A stretch of 63,947 nucleotides of DNA, counting the filler, from Reclinomonas americana ATCC 50394 (Eukaryota), in assembly GCA_048213135.1 (NCBI GenBank). It is 13 parts of 13 records of this genome, joined end to end, with 100 filler letters (N's around TTAATTAATTAA, not from the genome) between each part and the next. Parts side by side here need not be neighbours in the genome. Positions count along the whole stretch, not along the records: positions 21,534 to 29,216 come from AFZH01021982.1; positions 29,317 to 35,699 come from AFZH01021984.1; positions 35,800 to 43,264 come from AFZH01021985.1; 10 more parts are not named here. One strand, 5' to 3'. The position numbers were made by a program, and so were the translations under genes. Of this stretch, positions 24,781-36,894 are shown one piece after another (position 1 is the first letter of the stretch; every line of letters starts with the position of its first letter). Under the pieces are notes generated by a model, which searched no databases, had not been told where the DNA came from, and saw only the letters and a list, made by a program, of their open reading frames with translations.

Positions 24781-25894
24781 GTCGGCTTGGAGCGTGTGGA
24801 GAGCTCGAGCATGCATCTTGACGCTCTCCGGCTGAGTGTGATGATCAGTTGCAGTGTATGCAGCCGAGTGCCGGTGCGAGGCATCACAGGTCCATCCAAG
24901 AGAAAGAGTGGAAGCGCATTGACTGAGGGCACCGATCTATGGGAGACTCCAACCTGTGGCTGACCGTCCTCGTCATTGAGACGGCAACCAACCTCTTCAT
25001 CTGCGCGCGCAAGAGGTTGCACACAGGAGGATTGCATGACTTGACAGTGGACAAACTGAACTCTCCGGCGGATCCGATCCCGCGGATCCCATCCACTGAT
25101 CATCTCTTCAACAGACACGGGCAACGCGCACAAGCAAGTCGATATCAACGCCGCAACACCTTTCCTTTGGCTATTGCAGTTGTGTTTATCTGTACATGCA
25201 TGCCAAGACAAGACAGAGAATCGTTGCCTCCACGATCAGCGGAGACACTGCTGCGCCTCTACTTCCCTCATCACTGTGGATCGAGAGTCTTTGTTTTTCC
25301 TCCGTGGCTTCTTCTTGTTGCAACCCCACAGCGCTGTTCGTTGCGCTGAGTGTTGTCCTTTGTGACGCGTTACACACTCTCACACCAGCACATTCCCTCT
25401 CTCTGTCTCTCTTTCTCTCTCACACACACACATGCACACACTGCGTTTCTCGCACACGCGCGCGCAAGCTAGTGTGCGCACCGAGATACTCATTCATCAA
25501 TCACTCACGCTGCCATCAATCCTTCCAGTCGCAGGCGCTTCTCGATCGCATTGCTGGGCTGAATGAGGACCACGCGATTCCGCTCACACGGCATCAATGC
25601 AGAGGAGAAGACAGGTTCGCCATCACTGCACCGGTACCGCTGCGCATCTTTCAATCGTACACATGCGACGCGACGCCTTCAAGCTTGCAGTAGTGCTCGC
25701 TGAATTCGCCGCTTGGTGCAACGACTCAACTCAGGGCACACTCACGTGCACCGCTTCTCCGTAGGCGTAGCACGTAAGAACCGGAGGATGTATGTACATG
25801 TAAGTCGTTCGCGAGCGTCCTGGTACTCCATTCTCAGTACCAACCCACCAACAGCGCGCTGACTGCGGCGTGAGAGTGAGTGAGTGTGTGTACC

Positions 25895-28355
25895 ATGCTC
25901 GTTCGCTTGCTGTGCAACCATCTCGTTGTGGCGCGGTCTCCGACACTGCGACTCAGTTCCGTGTGTGGGGTCTCCTTGCACGTTGTCTCTTCTCCGCTTC
26001 GCTTCCTCACTTTGACCTCCGCAATCCCATGCTCGACATAACACCAGAGCCAGCCTTCACTCCTGCTGTGCGTGCTGTCCATGGGAACGCTGCGCCACTG
26101 CCTGGTGTGGTAAGCGGTTTGTTTGTGTAATTAATTGTAGGATTTTATCCAACTCTACTTGTACTGATTCACTCGGCTCTCAGCAGCAATCTCCAGCGGC
26201 AGCGGCAGCGGCAGCGGAGGGAATGCTGGCACTGGCAAAGTCATGTGGACAGGTACTTTTTTTACTTTACACAAGGCAGACGTCGACGTTGAATGTTTGT
26301 GTGACCTCGCTGTTTTCATCAGTCATGTCAGTGTTGGCTGCCGCTGCGGCGTCTCTCATTGGGGCGTCGGTGTATTGGACTGAGAGAGGACGAGCGGCAG
26401 AGAAGCACCAGCGTGAGAACGTGGCCCCGCTTCAAGTGTTCATCGACGGCAAAGTAGACCCTCCTCTCAAAGTGCGTCGTTGTGAGCTTGTGGCGGTGGC
26501 ATCCTGCTTATCTGACTTCATTGCAGGCTGCCGGACACTTGGTCGAGCTTCGAGACGAGCGTTTCTTCAATGACATCATCGGTGAAGTGCTCAACGCCCA
26601 CCACATCAGTGCGGAGAAGAATGATTAGATCTACGTCGTGGTTGGCGAGCACAGCTGTGGCAAGTCGACCATGATCCGCCACTACGCACAACAGCTGAAC
26701 GAGGGCAAGCTGCCGAAGCGAGAGCTTGTCCATCAGTCACCGGCGGCTGGCAATCTGATGTGGCGCATCACAACGGAGGACTACGTGGTACGAGATCAAC
26801 CGCGGAAGGGCGGAATCGTGTATGTGGGTCCCTTTGGTACCTTTGGGGACAGTGATAGTACGGCCCCTGCTACAGCCTCCGCAGTGGATTGCTATGATTG
26901 CCTCACTCACTGTATCACAGAGGCAACTGGAAAGGAAATGGCGCAGTGGCTGGTGTGGCCTTTTCTGGCCGGCACGGACCAGTACGAGAGTTCGTATAGA
27001 GGATGTTTGCCTGATGAGAAGTCTGCTTTGCATCAAGTCACTGATCAGATGCTCTATTAGAGATCAACAACATGACAGACGCAGCCAGGGTCATCGCATC
27101 TGCGGCCGCGGAGTACAAGAAGCACGTCGGTGAAGAAGCCCGACCGGTGTTTGTGATTGATGGCATCAACCAGATCCGTGGCGAAGTACGTGCAATGTTT
27201 TTCCACGACTCACTGCGTTCACTGTCTGACTTGGAGATTGTTTGCAGTCCATGTCTATGTTCGTGGGCTTCTTGAAGTCCATCAGCAGCTCAGTTCAGGT
27301 GGTGCTGGTGTTGAGTGGACGCCACGCGCTGCCGTTGCTGAGTTGCGCCTGCCCTGCATGTCATGTGTTCGCCTGTCATGACTTCATGAGCTGACCAGTG
27401 AGACCATGGCAGAGGAGCACGCAAGGGGAGAGTGGACGTACTTCGATGAGGGTCAGTGGCCTGACTTGACGAAGGAAGATTGCATGGAGGTCCTTGAGCT
27501 CTTCAGTCCGAAGATGTCGCCGAAGGCTCGACAGTTTGTGGCGGATGTGGCGGGCGACAACCTGGGTCTGGTTAGGCGGGTTGCTGTCCGTTTCAATGCT
27601 CGTCGAAGGCAGGACGGTGAGATTATTGTGCTGATTTGTCTGTATCAGATTTGAGTGAGGGAGGTTTCATGACGGTGTGGTGCGCGCAGGTGATGAGGTG
27701 GAGCTTGTCTCGTGGATTGTTCGCGATGTGTTGGAGAGAGAGATCGCCGCATCGAGTATTGATGCGATTGACCTGTTGCACGCACCGTATGGTTGGCTTC
27801 TCGCGAAGGCGCTGTGCGCAGAGTGCAACAAGAACAACAGCCAGAACGAGTCAGCCGGCGGCGCACCCGGTGGACGTGAGAGGATTCCACCAACAGCATC
27901 TCTCCCAAGTGGAACAGTCGCCAAAGTTCTCCTTCGACAGTGGATGGCGGAGTTTGGCGAGCTCCAAGGCGGCCGCAGAGAAGCTGTTTTTGAGGCATTG
28001 ACGCACAGCAGCAATGGACGAGTTTTCAGGCAAGTTGGCGATCGAGTGCAACTGCACTCTCAAGCCATGCAACACTTCCTGTGCGGCGACAAGAAGCTGC
28101 TGGAGAAGTACGCGCACACGCGGCAGGCTTTGGTCGGGGGTGGGAGCGGTATGCTTGAACGCTGCGTCCAGTAGTTACCACATGCTGTATGCATGTTGTA
28201 TGTTTGGGATGCATGTGGCGGTCATGTACATGTTTGCTGACTTTTGAATACGAGCAGAGAGGGCGCGCGATATGAGGGAGGACCCCAAGGTGGCTGCAAC
28301 TCGCGTCAACGTTGGACTTCGACAGCCTCAGGCCATTGAGTCGCATGCATCTTGA
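25895..28355 (+). pseudogene. Same NTPase, copy 2; in-frame TAG at 26626
   Basis: Walker A GEHSCGKST; TAG aligns with TTG (Leu) at 23075 in copy 1; splice sites and frame otherwise intact. Confidence 0.6.
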
Positions 28356-28739
28356 CGCTCTCCGGCTGAGTGTGATGATCAGTTGCAGTGTATGCAGCAC
28401 TTTTCTCCCAGAATTCACAGCTCAGACTCTGAATACACATCTATACGATCTTCCACGCACTTCGCGAGGCATGCTGGCCAATGTCCAGATTCTTTCTGCC
28501 CCGTCGTCCACATTCTCTCGCGCGAGCACACATTCGCCACGTGGCCACGAAAAAATCCGCGCTTGCGTGTGAGCAAAGTATTCCACGCGACACAAGGTGC
28601 GTGTACACACCCGTGCACAGTGTCACGCACGCACACGCAGAAGGACACTTGGCTTTCTGTATTGCTGCGTGTGTGCGTGAGAGAGAGAGAAGAGCGTGGT
28701 GTCCGTTCTCACACAAGAGAAACTCTGTTTGGCGCAGTG

Positions 28740-29216
28740 ATGAGCGTGTTAGGCGATGGCACCCCCAGCGACGATGATCCCGTGCTGGTGGAGATGAGTG
28801 AGCTGTCAATTCACACCAGTGGAAAGGTGCGTCTCTCTCTGTGTGTGAGTGAGCAGTGTCGGTGATCGATCATGCGCCACGTGTCTGACACAAGAATAGC
28901 ACAGATTGGCAAAGTCGGTCCGCAGACGCGATCGGCCTACGAGGCACTGCTCAGTGCACTGCGCTCTTCCTCTTCTTCTTCCTCCTCTGTGGCATCGCAG
29001 CAAAAGGCGATGGCGAGTGGTGGTGCAGTGCCACGACGATGGCTGTGCGACTATGAGATCCGCGTGCATCGGGGAGTTGAGTATGCCGCGCATCGATATC
29101 GCGAGGGCAAACTGCTGGCGCCACCCAACGATGGTGAGAGTGTGTGGATTCCCACTGGTGGTACGAGCAACGCGACTGATCAATGCGTGGCAGAGAATGG
29201 CGAGGTGTCGGTGGAG
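28740..29216 (+). CDS. Hypothetical protein, 3'-partial
   Basis: MSVLGDGTPSDDDPVLVEMSELSIHTSGK, GTGCGT donor, then frame open to the gap. Confidence 0.45.
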
Positions 29217-29316
29217 NNNNNNNNNNNNNNNNNNNNNNNNNNNNNNNNNNNNNNNNNNNNTTAATTAATTAANNNNNNNNNNNNNNNNNNNNNNNNNNNN
29301 NNNNNNNNNNNNNNNN

Positions 29317-29592
29317 GAGAGCGACACAGAGCGAGAGCAACAAGAGCGAGAGCGACACAGCGAGAGCGAGACAGCGATGAGAGGGACACTGAGCAAGTGC
29401 GACACAGCGAGAGCAACACAGAGCGAGAGAGCGACACAGAGCGAGAGCGACACAGAGCGAGAGAGAGCGACAAGCGAGAGAGAGCGACAAGCGAGCGAGA
29501 GCGACAAGCGAGAGCGACAAGCGAGAGCGACAAGCGAGAGCGACAGAGAGCAAGAGCGACGCAGAGCAAGAGCGACGCAGAGCAAGAGCGAC
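29317..29592. repeat. Degenerate GCGAGAGCGACA(A) minisatellite, probably intronic
   Basis: Many imperfect ~12-14 nt units. Confidence 0.85.
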
Positions 29593-29650
29593 AGCTGAAA
29601 TCGGCAGCGGAGGTAGAGCTCTTGCCAATGAATAACATGCCTCTTCACAG

Positions 29651-30788
29651 ATTCATGCTCGGTTCCGGCGAGAATCGCTGCATCGTGCTGTACGACACAC
29701 TGGTGGAGCGACTGGAAGAGGATGAAGTCGTGGCCATTGTGGGAACCGAGCTGGCGCATGCACTGCATAATCGTTGAGTGGGCCTGCGACGCGCTCAGGA
29801 TGCTCGGTCTGTCATGTTGCTCATCTTTGCGCCGCCTGACACAGATCCACTGAAGGAGACACTGGTGCAAGTGGCCACCACGGCGTTGTTCGTGTTTATT
29901 TTCCGGTTCATTGTGCACAACCCGCAGTGGCTGCACGAGTTTGTCGCGCCGGCAAATGATGTTGCGTGTGGGATAGGGAGAGAAGGAGGGGCACTTGAGG
30001 AAGAGCGCCATGGGTGTCTGTGTGCGTGACAGAGTGTTACGGATGAGACTGTGGAGAGTTGCTGCGTGTGGGTGAGGAGGTGGTAGTCACATGTGAAAGA
30101 GCCGTGGCTATACGTGTTTGGGACAGAGTGTTGCAGATGAGATCCTGTTGCGTCTGCGTGTGTGAGGAGGTGGGAGTCACGTGTGTCGGGACATTGCGAT
30201 AGCTTGCAGAAAGAAACAACATGGCCAGCTGTGTTCGTGTCAGAGTGTTACAGATGCGTGTCACGACAGGAGAGTTTGTGCGAGGAGAACGTGTGTTTGC
30301 GCCCTCATTCGAAAGCACTGTGTTGTTCACACTCTTCTCTCGTGCCCCCACGCAGCCGTCGGTGGCGCTCGTCGTCTTTGGCTACCTGTACGGCTCATTA
30401 GGCTCGCTCGTCAACTGGATCAGCCACGCCATCTCCAGAGAGTTGCGCCCGTGTACTGCGTGCGTGAGTGACGAGAATCAATTCTCTCCTAAAACACACG
30501 AATACCAGATTTGTGTACACGGCCGACGCGTATGCCGCCAACATGGGCCTCGACGTGGAGACCTCGATCATCAAGCTGCACGTGGCCAACGTGGGCGACG
30601 TGGTGGTCGACGATCTCTACTCCAAGTACCACTCCTCGTACCCCTCACTGCTGGAGCGCCTCACGCACTTGCATCGACTAAGACCGACTCGGCGAGCAGG
30701 AGTCGGCCCACTGTCGTCGCCACCGACTCCCGACGCAGTGGCCGCGGGTGCACCGGCCGAGTTTGTCAGCAAGAGCAAGGTGGAGTGA
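29651..30788 (+). CDS. Ste24/ZMPSTE24 (peptidase M48A) paralog lacking catalytic residues, 5'-partial
   Basis: RCIVLYDTLVE..EVVAIVGTELAH; ISREFVYTADAYA; IIKLHVAN..DDLYSKYHSSYPSLLERL; C-terminal KSKVE*. Confidence 0.82.
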
Positions 30789-30817
30789 ATCATAATCTGC
30801 TTCATTTTGTTTGTTTT

Positions 30818-31081
30818 TTATACAAGCTCCATCTCTGTGCCGGTGAAGCGCGGCTTGGCGGCTGTGAGCTGGCACTCACGTTTCCTCAAGTCGTCTCTGT
30901 TGCTGTCGTCGTCATCGTCGTCGTCGTTGCTTCGCCTTGCGATCAGAAGCACCAATGACGCAGACTTGCTGGTCACTGTGCGAGGAGGAGCACAGCTGTC
31001 GATGAGTTTCCTTCGCTCCACCAGCTGCTCAACGTGGTCGTCGGAGGCGGTGGCGATGGTGGTGTGCGTGACTGGCGGCAT
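30818..31081 (-). CDS. Small intronless hypothetical ORF (87 aa)
   Basis: ATG-initiated, acidic tract, convergent with the Ste24-like gene; no recognisable homology. Confidence 0.3.
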   Translation of the reverse strand: MPPVTHTTIATASDDHVEQLVERRKLIDSCAPPRTVTSKSASLVLLIARRSNDDDDDDDSNRDDLRKRECQLTAAKPRFTGTEMELV

Positions 31082-31993
31082 GTGTTCTTTTCTCCTCACA
31101 AACGATGAAAAAACCGATTTCCAACGGACAGATTTGGCTTCCACAAAATAAAAGGGCTTTTGTTGGTATTTTGGATGCTGCAGCACGAGCATTGTAGATA
31201 GGAGAGTGGTGGTGGCCGGTCCGACAGCAGCAACGTGCAGCGAAGAATGCAGCAAGGATACCGAAAGTCGATATTGGGTTTACGATGTGGTCGGGGCAGA
31301 AGTCGAGCTCGACATGTGGCGAAGCTATTCTCGACAGCTCCATCTGTGTAGCCTTTGAGTGACCTGCAAGGCCACTCGCACTTGACGGTCCAGTCGAATT
31401 TGTTGACCTTCGAGCTATATTATCGACGTCGACTTGCAGCAGCTCCCGGATGAGCGCGGAATACAGTTTTCTATGCCGCTGTAAAACACGTCTATTGCGG
31501 GCACAACTATTTAGCCGCAAGATCTCTCGTCGTTCGCTGAATTCGAAATTCGAAAATCGACTTGACGACACTTCGAATTCGAGTCCCTGCCTCGGCGCAG
31601 CGAGTGCGGGACTACAATGAGCCGAACTCTCGTCTGCTCGTCCAGCATTGACAATACGCCCCGACTTGTCTAGCTCGAGCACTGTGACTGAATTCGAACA
31701 CAATCGCGAGAAACGGAAAAACTCACCAGCTTGCTCACAGCGTCGACGTTCTGGGTATGGCCACACTTGGTCCGCAAGACAGCAGCTGCTATACAAAATC
31801 GCCAACGCCCGTGCACAAAAACGTCACAAGATGTGATTTGACGTTTCCGTAAAGTCGTACACATACAATTCATCGGACAAAAATCACGCCGAAACCACTC
31901 CCACCAAATCATCGGAAAACACACGCGCGCGACCACCACGCGGTGGAGGCTAGACAGACAGATAGAGAGACAGACACACGCACACACAGAGAG

Positions 31994-34900
31994 ATGGACG
32001 AGGACGACGCCTGCAGCTGGGGCGACGACCAAGCGCTTCTCGACGACGACGAAGTGTGGGCGGCAATCGACTCTGAAGACGACCACGACGAAGACGAGCA
32101 GCAAGAAGACGACGACGACGAAGACGAAGAAGACACAGTTGGCGGAGAGGACAGCACACCTCATCGCCGACCAGCAGTGCCACACGGAGGCGGGAGTGCC
32201 AGTGGCGATGATTCTCCCGTGCAACCGCTCCCGCGACTGCGTTTCGCCAGTCTTGATGACGACGATGATGAAGTGCGAAGTGCAGTAGTGGAGAGAGTCA
32301 CAGTTGACAGCGCGTTGCACGTGGACGACTTGAGAGGCGACGAGGAAGCGGTTGCAAGTGGAACTGACTGTGCGTGATTGATGGACACGCGCCCGTGACA
32401 TCTCTCATGGTGTTTGTTACTGACACACGCACATGTGTTCTCTCTCACAGTGGCGAGGAGTGGTGGCTTGTCGTCCTCGCGGCTGCTGCTGCTGCGCGAG
32501 TTCACTAACAAGGCCGAGGCGTGCTTGACTCCGGAGCCGCGACGTGGACGCCCGCGTGTTCACGAACTCGTGGCCGATGCAGAGAGTGGACACAAGGTGC
32601 ACACACACATACACACACACTCTCTCTCTCACACGCACACTCCTCCCTCTCTCTCTCTCTCTTTCACACATGATTGTTGATGCGCATCTCATGCATGGTT
32701 CATTTCGCGCACACAGACACTGCTGAAGGTCATCAATACTCCGTCGCGCTCGGCGACCTCTGCGCTGTCCTTCTCGTCATCGTCATCATTACCGACACTG
32801 GGATTGTCATCGTTGTCGGCGTCGGATATGACGGATGTGGGAGTGCAGGCGGTGCTGGCGGCGGTGCAGGCAGGCGATGAGCATGTGGAGCTGCTGCGGC
32901 GATTGTTGGAGTTGCGGCCGGAGCTGTCGCGTGTACTGGCACCGGCGCCGGCTTCGTACTTGTCGTCGGCCAGTTGCTCGTCGTCATCGGCCACCTCGTC
33001 GTCGTCGTCGACACCGGCGGCGTCGTTGGTGTCGTCGCTGGGTGAGGGCGGTGGGGCGGGTGAGGAGGCGGGCGAGGGCTTCCTCACGTCGGCGCTGCAC
33101 GAGGCCGTGGCCAGCAACTCGTATGAGGTGTGTGTCTTCTTTTGAGCATTCCGTGGTTGATTTCGGAGCTCAATGCGCGTCTGGTCGGGGCGTAGTGCGC
33201 CAAGTGCCTGTTGGAGGTCGGAGCTGACGTGGATGTAGTGGATATGGAGGGCGTCACACCGCTGGCGTTGGCTGCGTCGACGGCGCACGCCGATATCTTT
33301 GAGTTGATATTCTCGCAAGGTGGGACACGGTGGGGGGGCAAAGGGAGAAGAGTAGTTTGTGTCTGACAAGTTCTTTGCGTTTGTCAGGGGCGTCGTTGTA
33401 CGCGATCTGCGATGCGGGAGAAACGCTGCTGCATAAGGTGTGTGAATGGAGAGGGGTGTGTTCTGTGGGAGTGAGATTCACTTATTCTCTGTCGCAGGCG
33501 GTGCAAGGTGGTGATGTGCGGATTGTGGAGCTGGTGCTGCGATACTTTGAGGCGTCAGATCCACGTTCGCAGTGGAAGACACGCGATGCGTTTGTGCTGC
33601 ACCGCGACAGTGACGGCCAGTGTGCCGTGCACTTGGCGATGCAATCGGGGTAAGTAGGAATGTTGGTTTTTGTGCTCTATCGCTTCCCCCCTTTCTGTCG
33701 CTTCCCCTCTCTCTCTGTCGCTTCCCCCCTCTGTCGCTTCCCTCCTCTGTCGCTTCCCTCCTCTGTCGCTTCCCCCCTCTCTCGCTCCCCCCTGCTCCCC
33801 CCTGCTCCCCCTCTTCCTCTTCCGCCTGTCTCTAACTCCTCCGTTTGTGTCCCACAGCTCGAAGAATGAGGTGGAGGACGAGGTGGATGACGACGACGAC
33901 GACGACGATGACGATGATGATGATGACGCTGCCACAGCTGGCGACGGCTGTGTACTCTCGTCGTCACCGGGCGACATGCCACTCGGCAGTCGGAGCGACC
34001 GCACGGCTCCGTCGACGTCAGTGGCGCGCGACTACTCTGTTCCGCGCCGCATGATGGATGTTATTGTGCGCTACTGCCCGGCCATGAATGTTGCGTTGCG
34101 CGCGTCTGCATCAGCTGACAAGAATAAGGAGACTGACTTGTGAACTCGGTTGTTCCATCAGTGGACGGTCCGTGATGGACGCGGATTTGCGCCCATTCAT
34201 TACTGCTGCTCGGAGGGCGACGTGGAGGGCGTGGAGAGGTTAATTCGGCTCACGGCCGAGCCCGACGTGCTCAGCGACAGCGGAGTTGCGTTGTGACGAC
34301 ATGACCCTCACTCTTTGCTCGACGATTCCCTCACTCTCTTTCTCTCTGTGCAGCGGACACCTCTCTTTGTCGCAGCAATGCTGGGCATGGCGCCGGTGGT
34401 CGACGCTCTGCTGCGATACGGGCGGAGATTTGGGTTGGACGTGAACCGTGGTGACGAGAGGGGTCGAACGCCACTCTTCATGGCCTGCCGTCTCGGCGCC
34501 GTACAATGCGTTCAATTGTTGCTCCACGCCGGAGCCGCAGTGCACGTGGCCGAAAATGTTGCGTGCGCATTCTCGTCGTATGCGCTCAACTCAGCCGGTT
34601 ACTCAATTCGGTTCACAGGTTACACAACAAACACCTCTGCACGTGTGTGCCAGTGCCGGGGTGCGGCGTGCCGAGTCACTTGAGTGCGCCAAGCAAATGA
34701 TTCGTGCCGTGCGATCGCTTGCGTGTCCCGTGACCGGTGAGTGCTGTGTGCATGCATGTGCGTGTGCGGCGAGAGAGGCAGTCACTCACATTGATTTGCG
34801 TGACAGTGGAGAACTCGGGCAGCAAGACCGATCGACTGGATGCGATCCTGCGGTGGCTGAGAGCGCGCGACGCAAGTCGAGCGTCGGCCACGGAGCTCGC

Positions 34901-35287
34901 GGTCGGTGCGATGAACGACGAGATGATTGACTATCTTGACTCGGTGGAGGATCAAGTCGTCAAGGAGGTGCGACAGCAGTTCACAGTGGAGGCCCCAGCC
35001 GTGTCGACGCTGTTCTCTGTCTCGCCGACGGCGACTGCATTTGGCGGCGAGACGTACAGCAACAGCTCAACTGCAGCCACCGCCACCACCACATCAGCGT
35101 TGATGTTTACAAAGGTACGTATGCGATTGCTGTCTTCCCTCCTCGCATGATTAACTCACACACCCATCCGCACGCACGCACACAGACATCATCAACATTC
35201 CATGAAACTCCAGTGTCGTCGACTGACAGTTTCCCACTGGACTCGTCGGATAATGGCAGAAGCTTGAGTGCCGTTACTGTCGACTGA
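31994..35287 (+). CDS. Ankyrin-repeat protein with acidic N-terminus (intron-rich, canonical TPLH-type repeats)
   Basis: SALHEAVASNSYE|CAKCLLEVGADV..GVTPLALAA; GETLLHK|AVQGGD; GRTPLFVAA; GRTPLFMACRLGAVQCVQLLLHAGA. Confidence 0.8.
33679..33790. repeat. Intronic CTGTCGCTTCCCC(T) minisatellite, ~6 copies
   Basis: Repeated ~16-20 nt unit in an intron of the ankyrin gene. Confidence 0.8.
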
Positions 35288-35454
35288 GAGACAATCTGTA
35301 TTTTTTCTTGCCGTCTTGTAGTATGGAGGGAGGGGGGGTTAGTTTGGATCAATCGAGGAAAACAACAACAACAACAACAGAAACAATAATCGTGTTGGAT
35401 GCTTGACTGCAGCACACCAATAAACACTGCGAAGCAACTGATGGTCATTCACTG

Positions 35455-36806
35455 TCATGCGGGGGCCGCAGCAGCAGCAGCAGCAGCAGCTGGGGCCTGC
35501 CGTACACCGAATATAGACGAGCCGACACGCACACTGGTCGCACCGGCCACGATCTGTGTGTGTCACAGCAAGAAGTCAGTCGCAGCACAGCAGCGGATAA
35601 TCGATGATGCATTGTTGTTGTTCATCGAATCGTGCACGTAAAGTGTTGGCAGTCGGAGGTACCCACTGCGTGTGCGTGCTCTCATTTGTGCCTCTGAGTN
35701 NNNNNNNNNNNNNNNNNNNNNNNNNNNNNNNNNNNNNNNNNNNTTAATTAATTAANNNNNNNNNNNNNNNNNNNNNNNNNNNNNNNNNNNNNNNNNNNNG
35801 AAGAAGAAGAAGAGGAAAGGAAGAGGAAGAGGAGGAGGAGATGGTGGAGAAAGAGAAGGACAGGAGAAAGAGAAGGACAGGGGCGAGGAGGAGGAGGAGA
35901 AGGAGGAGGAGGAGAGGAGACGGAGGAGGAGAAGAAGAAGAAGAAGAGGATGAAGGTGTACGGAAGAGAGCAGGAGGAGGAGGAGAAGGAGGAAGAGAAG
36001 GAGAAGGAGGAGGAAGAAGAAGAAGAAGAAGAAGAAGAACACGAAGAACGAGGAGAAGGAGGAGGTGAAGAAGAAGAAGAAGAAGAAGAAGAAGAAGAAG
36101 AAGAAGAAGAGCGAGACACAACTGTCCTCGCCACTGGTGTTGACCTGCACCAACACTCGCAGCGGATTCTCCGGGCGAAACTCCGCGCACGCCTTCTGCA
36201 GCGCGTCGGCCAGCTTTGGGCGATCAACAGACTCCACCATCCACAGATTCGGCACCGCTGTCCACACATATGCGCATGAGACACACAGAGAAGCAGAGAC
36301 AGGCAACAAGAGAGAGAGACAACACACAACCTGGCACCAGCTTGCGGACCTTGTTGGTCTGCAGATGACCAATCAGATGCCACCGCACCTGCGCAGGCAG
36401 CTGCACACACACAGAGAGGGTAAGCAGCACAATCAGTGTAAGTGTTTGTGTGTGAGGCTCACCAGTGGCGCCTTCTCCATCAGTTCCTGCACATAGTTCT
36501 CGCCTGCGCATGCACGAGTTAAGCACGTGCAGTAGTGGAAAGTGCAAGCGAGTAAAGTGTCTCACCAAAGTGCAACTGGCCCTCATCAATGCACTGCTGC
36601 ACCATCTCCGCCGGCTTGGTCTTGCTGACGGCCACCAGTCGCACCTTTGTTGTCTCAATAAGTCATAAGACAGAGAGACAAGAGAGACACAAAGAGAGAG
36701 AGAGAGAGAAAAGGTGGCATACCTCTGGTCCCACTCCTCGTCGCGCAATCGCTGCAGCAATGTGAGCGCGCACCGCCTGCAATGCCTGCGCAATCTCGCT
36801 CGACAT
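35455..36806 (-). CDS. PLPBP: Pyridoxal-phosphate homeostasis protein (PROSC/YggS), spans the linker at 35700-35799
   Basis: RLVAVSKTKP, HFG|ENYVQEL, WHLIGHLQTNKV, VESVDRPKLA, VLVQVNTSGE; last exon IVAGATSVRVGSSIFGVR lies on the preceding contig. Confidence 0.9.
35800..36110. repeat. Polypurine (GAA/GGA)n tract, intronic in PLPBP
   Basis: ~310 nt almost entirely purine. Confidence 0.9.
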
Positions 36807-36894
36807 TGTGATTGTGGACAGATTGCGCGTGGACAGTGCAGCTCGCGTTCCAGCAACTGTCCCTCGAGTTTCTTTTTCCGTCGTTGTGAGCAAA

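Larger units (their letters stand above)
22171..28398 (+). repeat. Direct tandem duplication of a ~2.7 kb unit (22171-24864 and 25797-28398)
   Basis: Collinear, highly similar sequence including introns and flanks; ~0.93 kb unique spacer. Confidence 0.95.

Noticed and set aside
22763..26628. Genome-wide stop-codon reassignment
   Set aside because: I saw no in-frame stops in the conserved genes (ACAD8, NAXD, kinesin, DTYMK), and TGA and TAA terminate genes normally; TAG terminators are too scarce here to test fully.
31681..31741. tRNA-like element on the minus strand (GTTCGAATTC B-box, 7-bp terminal stem)
   Set aside because: Too short for a cloverleaf, no proper T or anticodon stems, and an internal T5 run.
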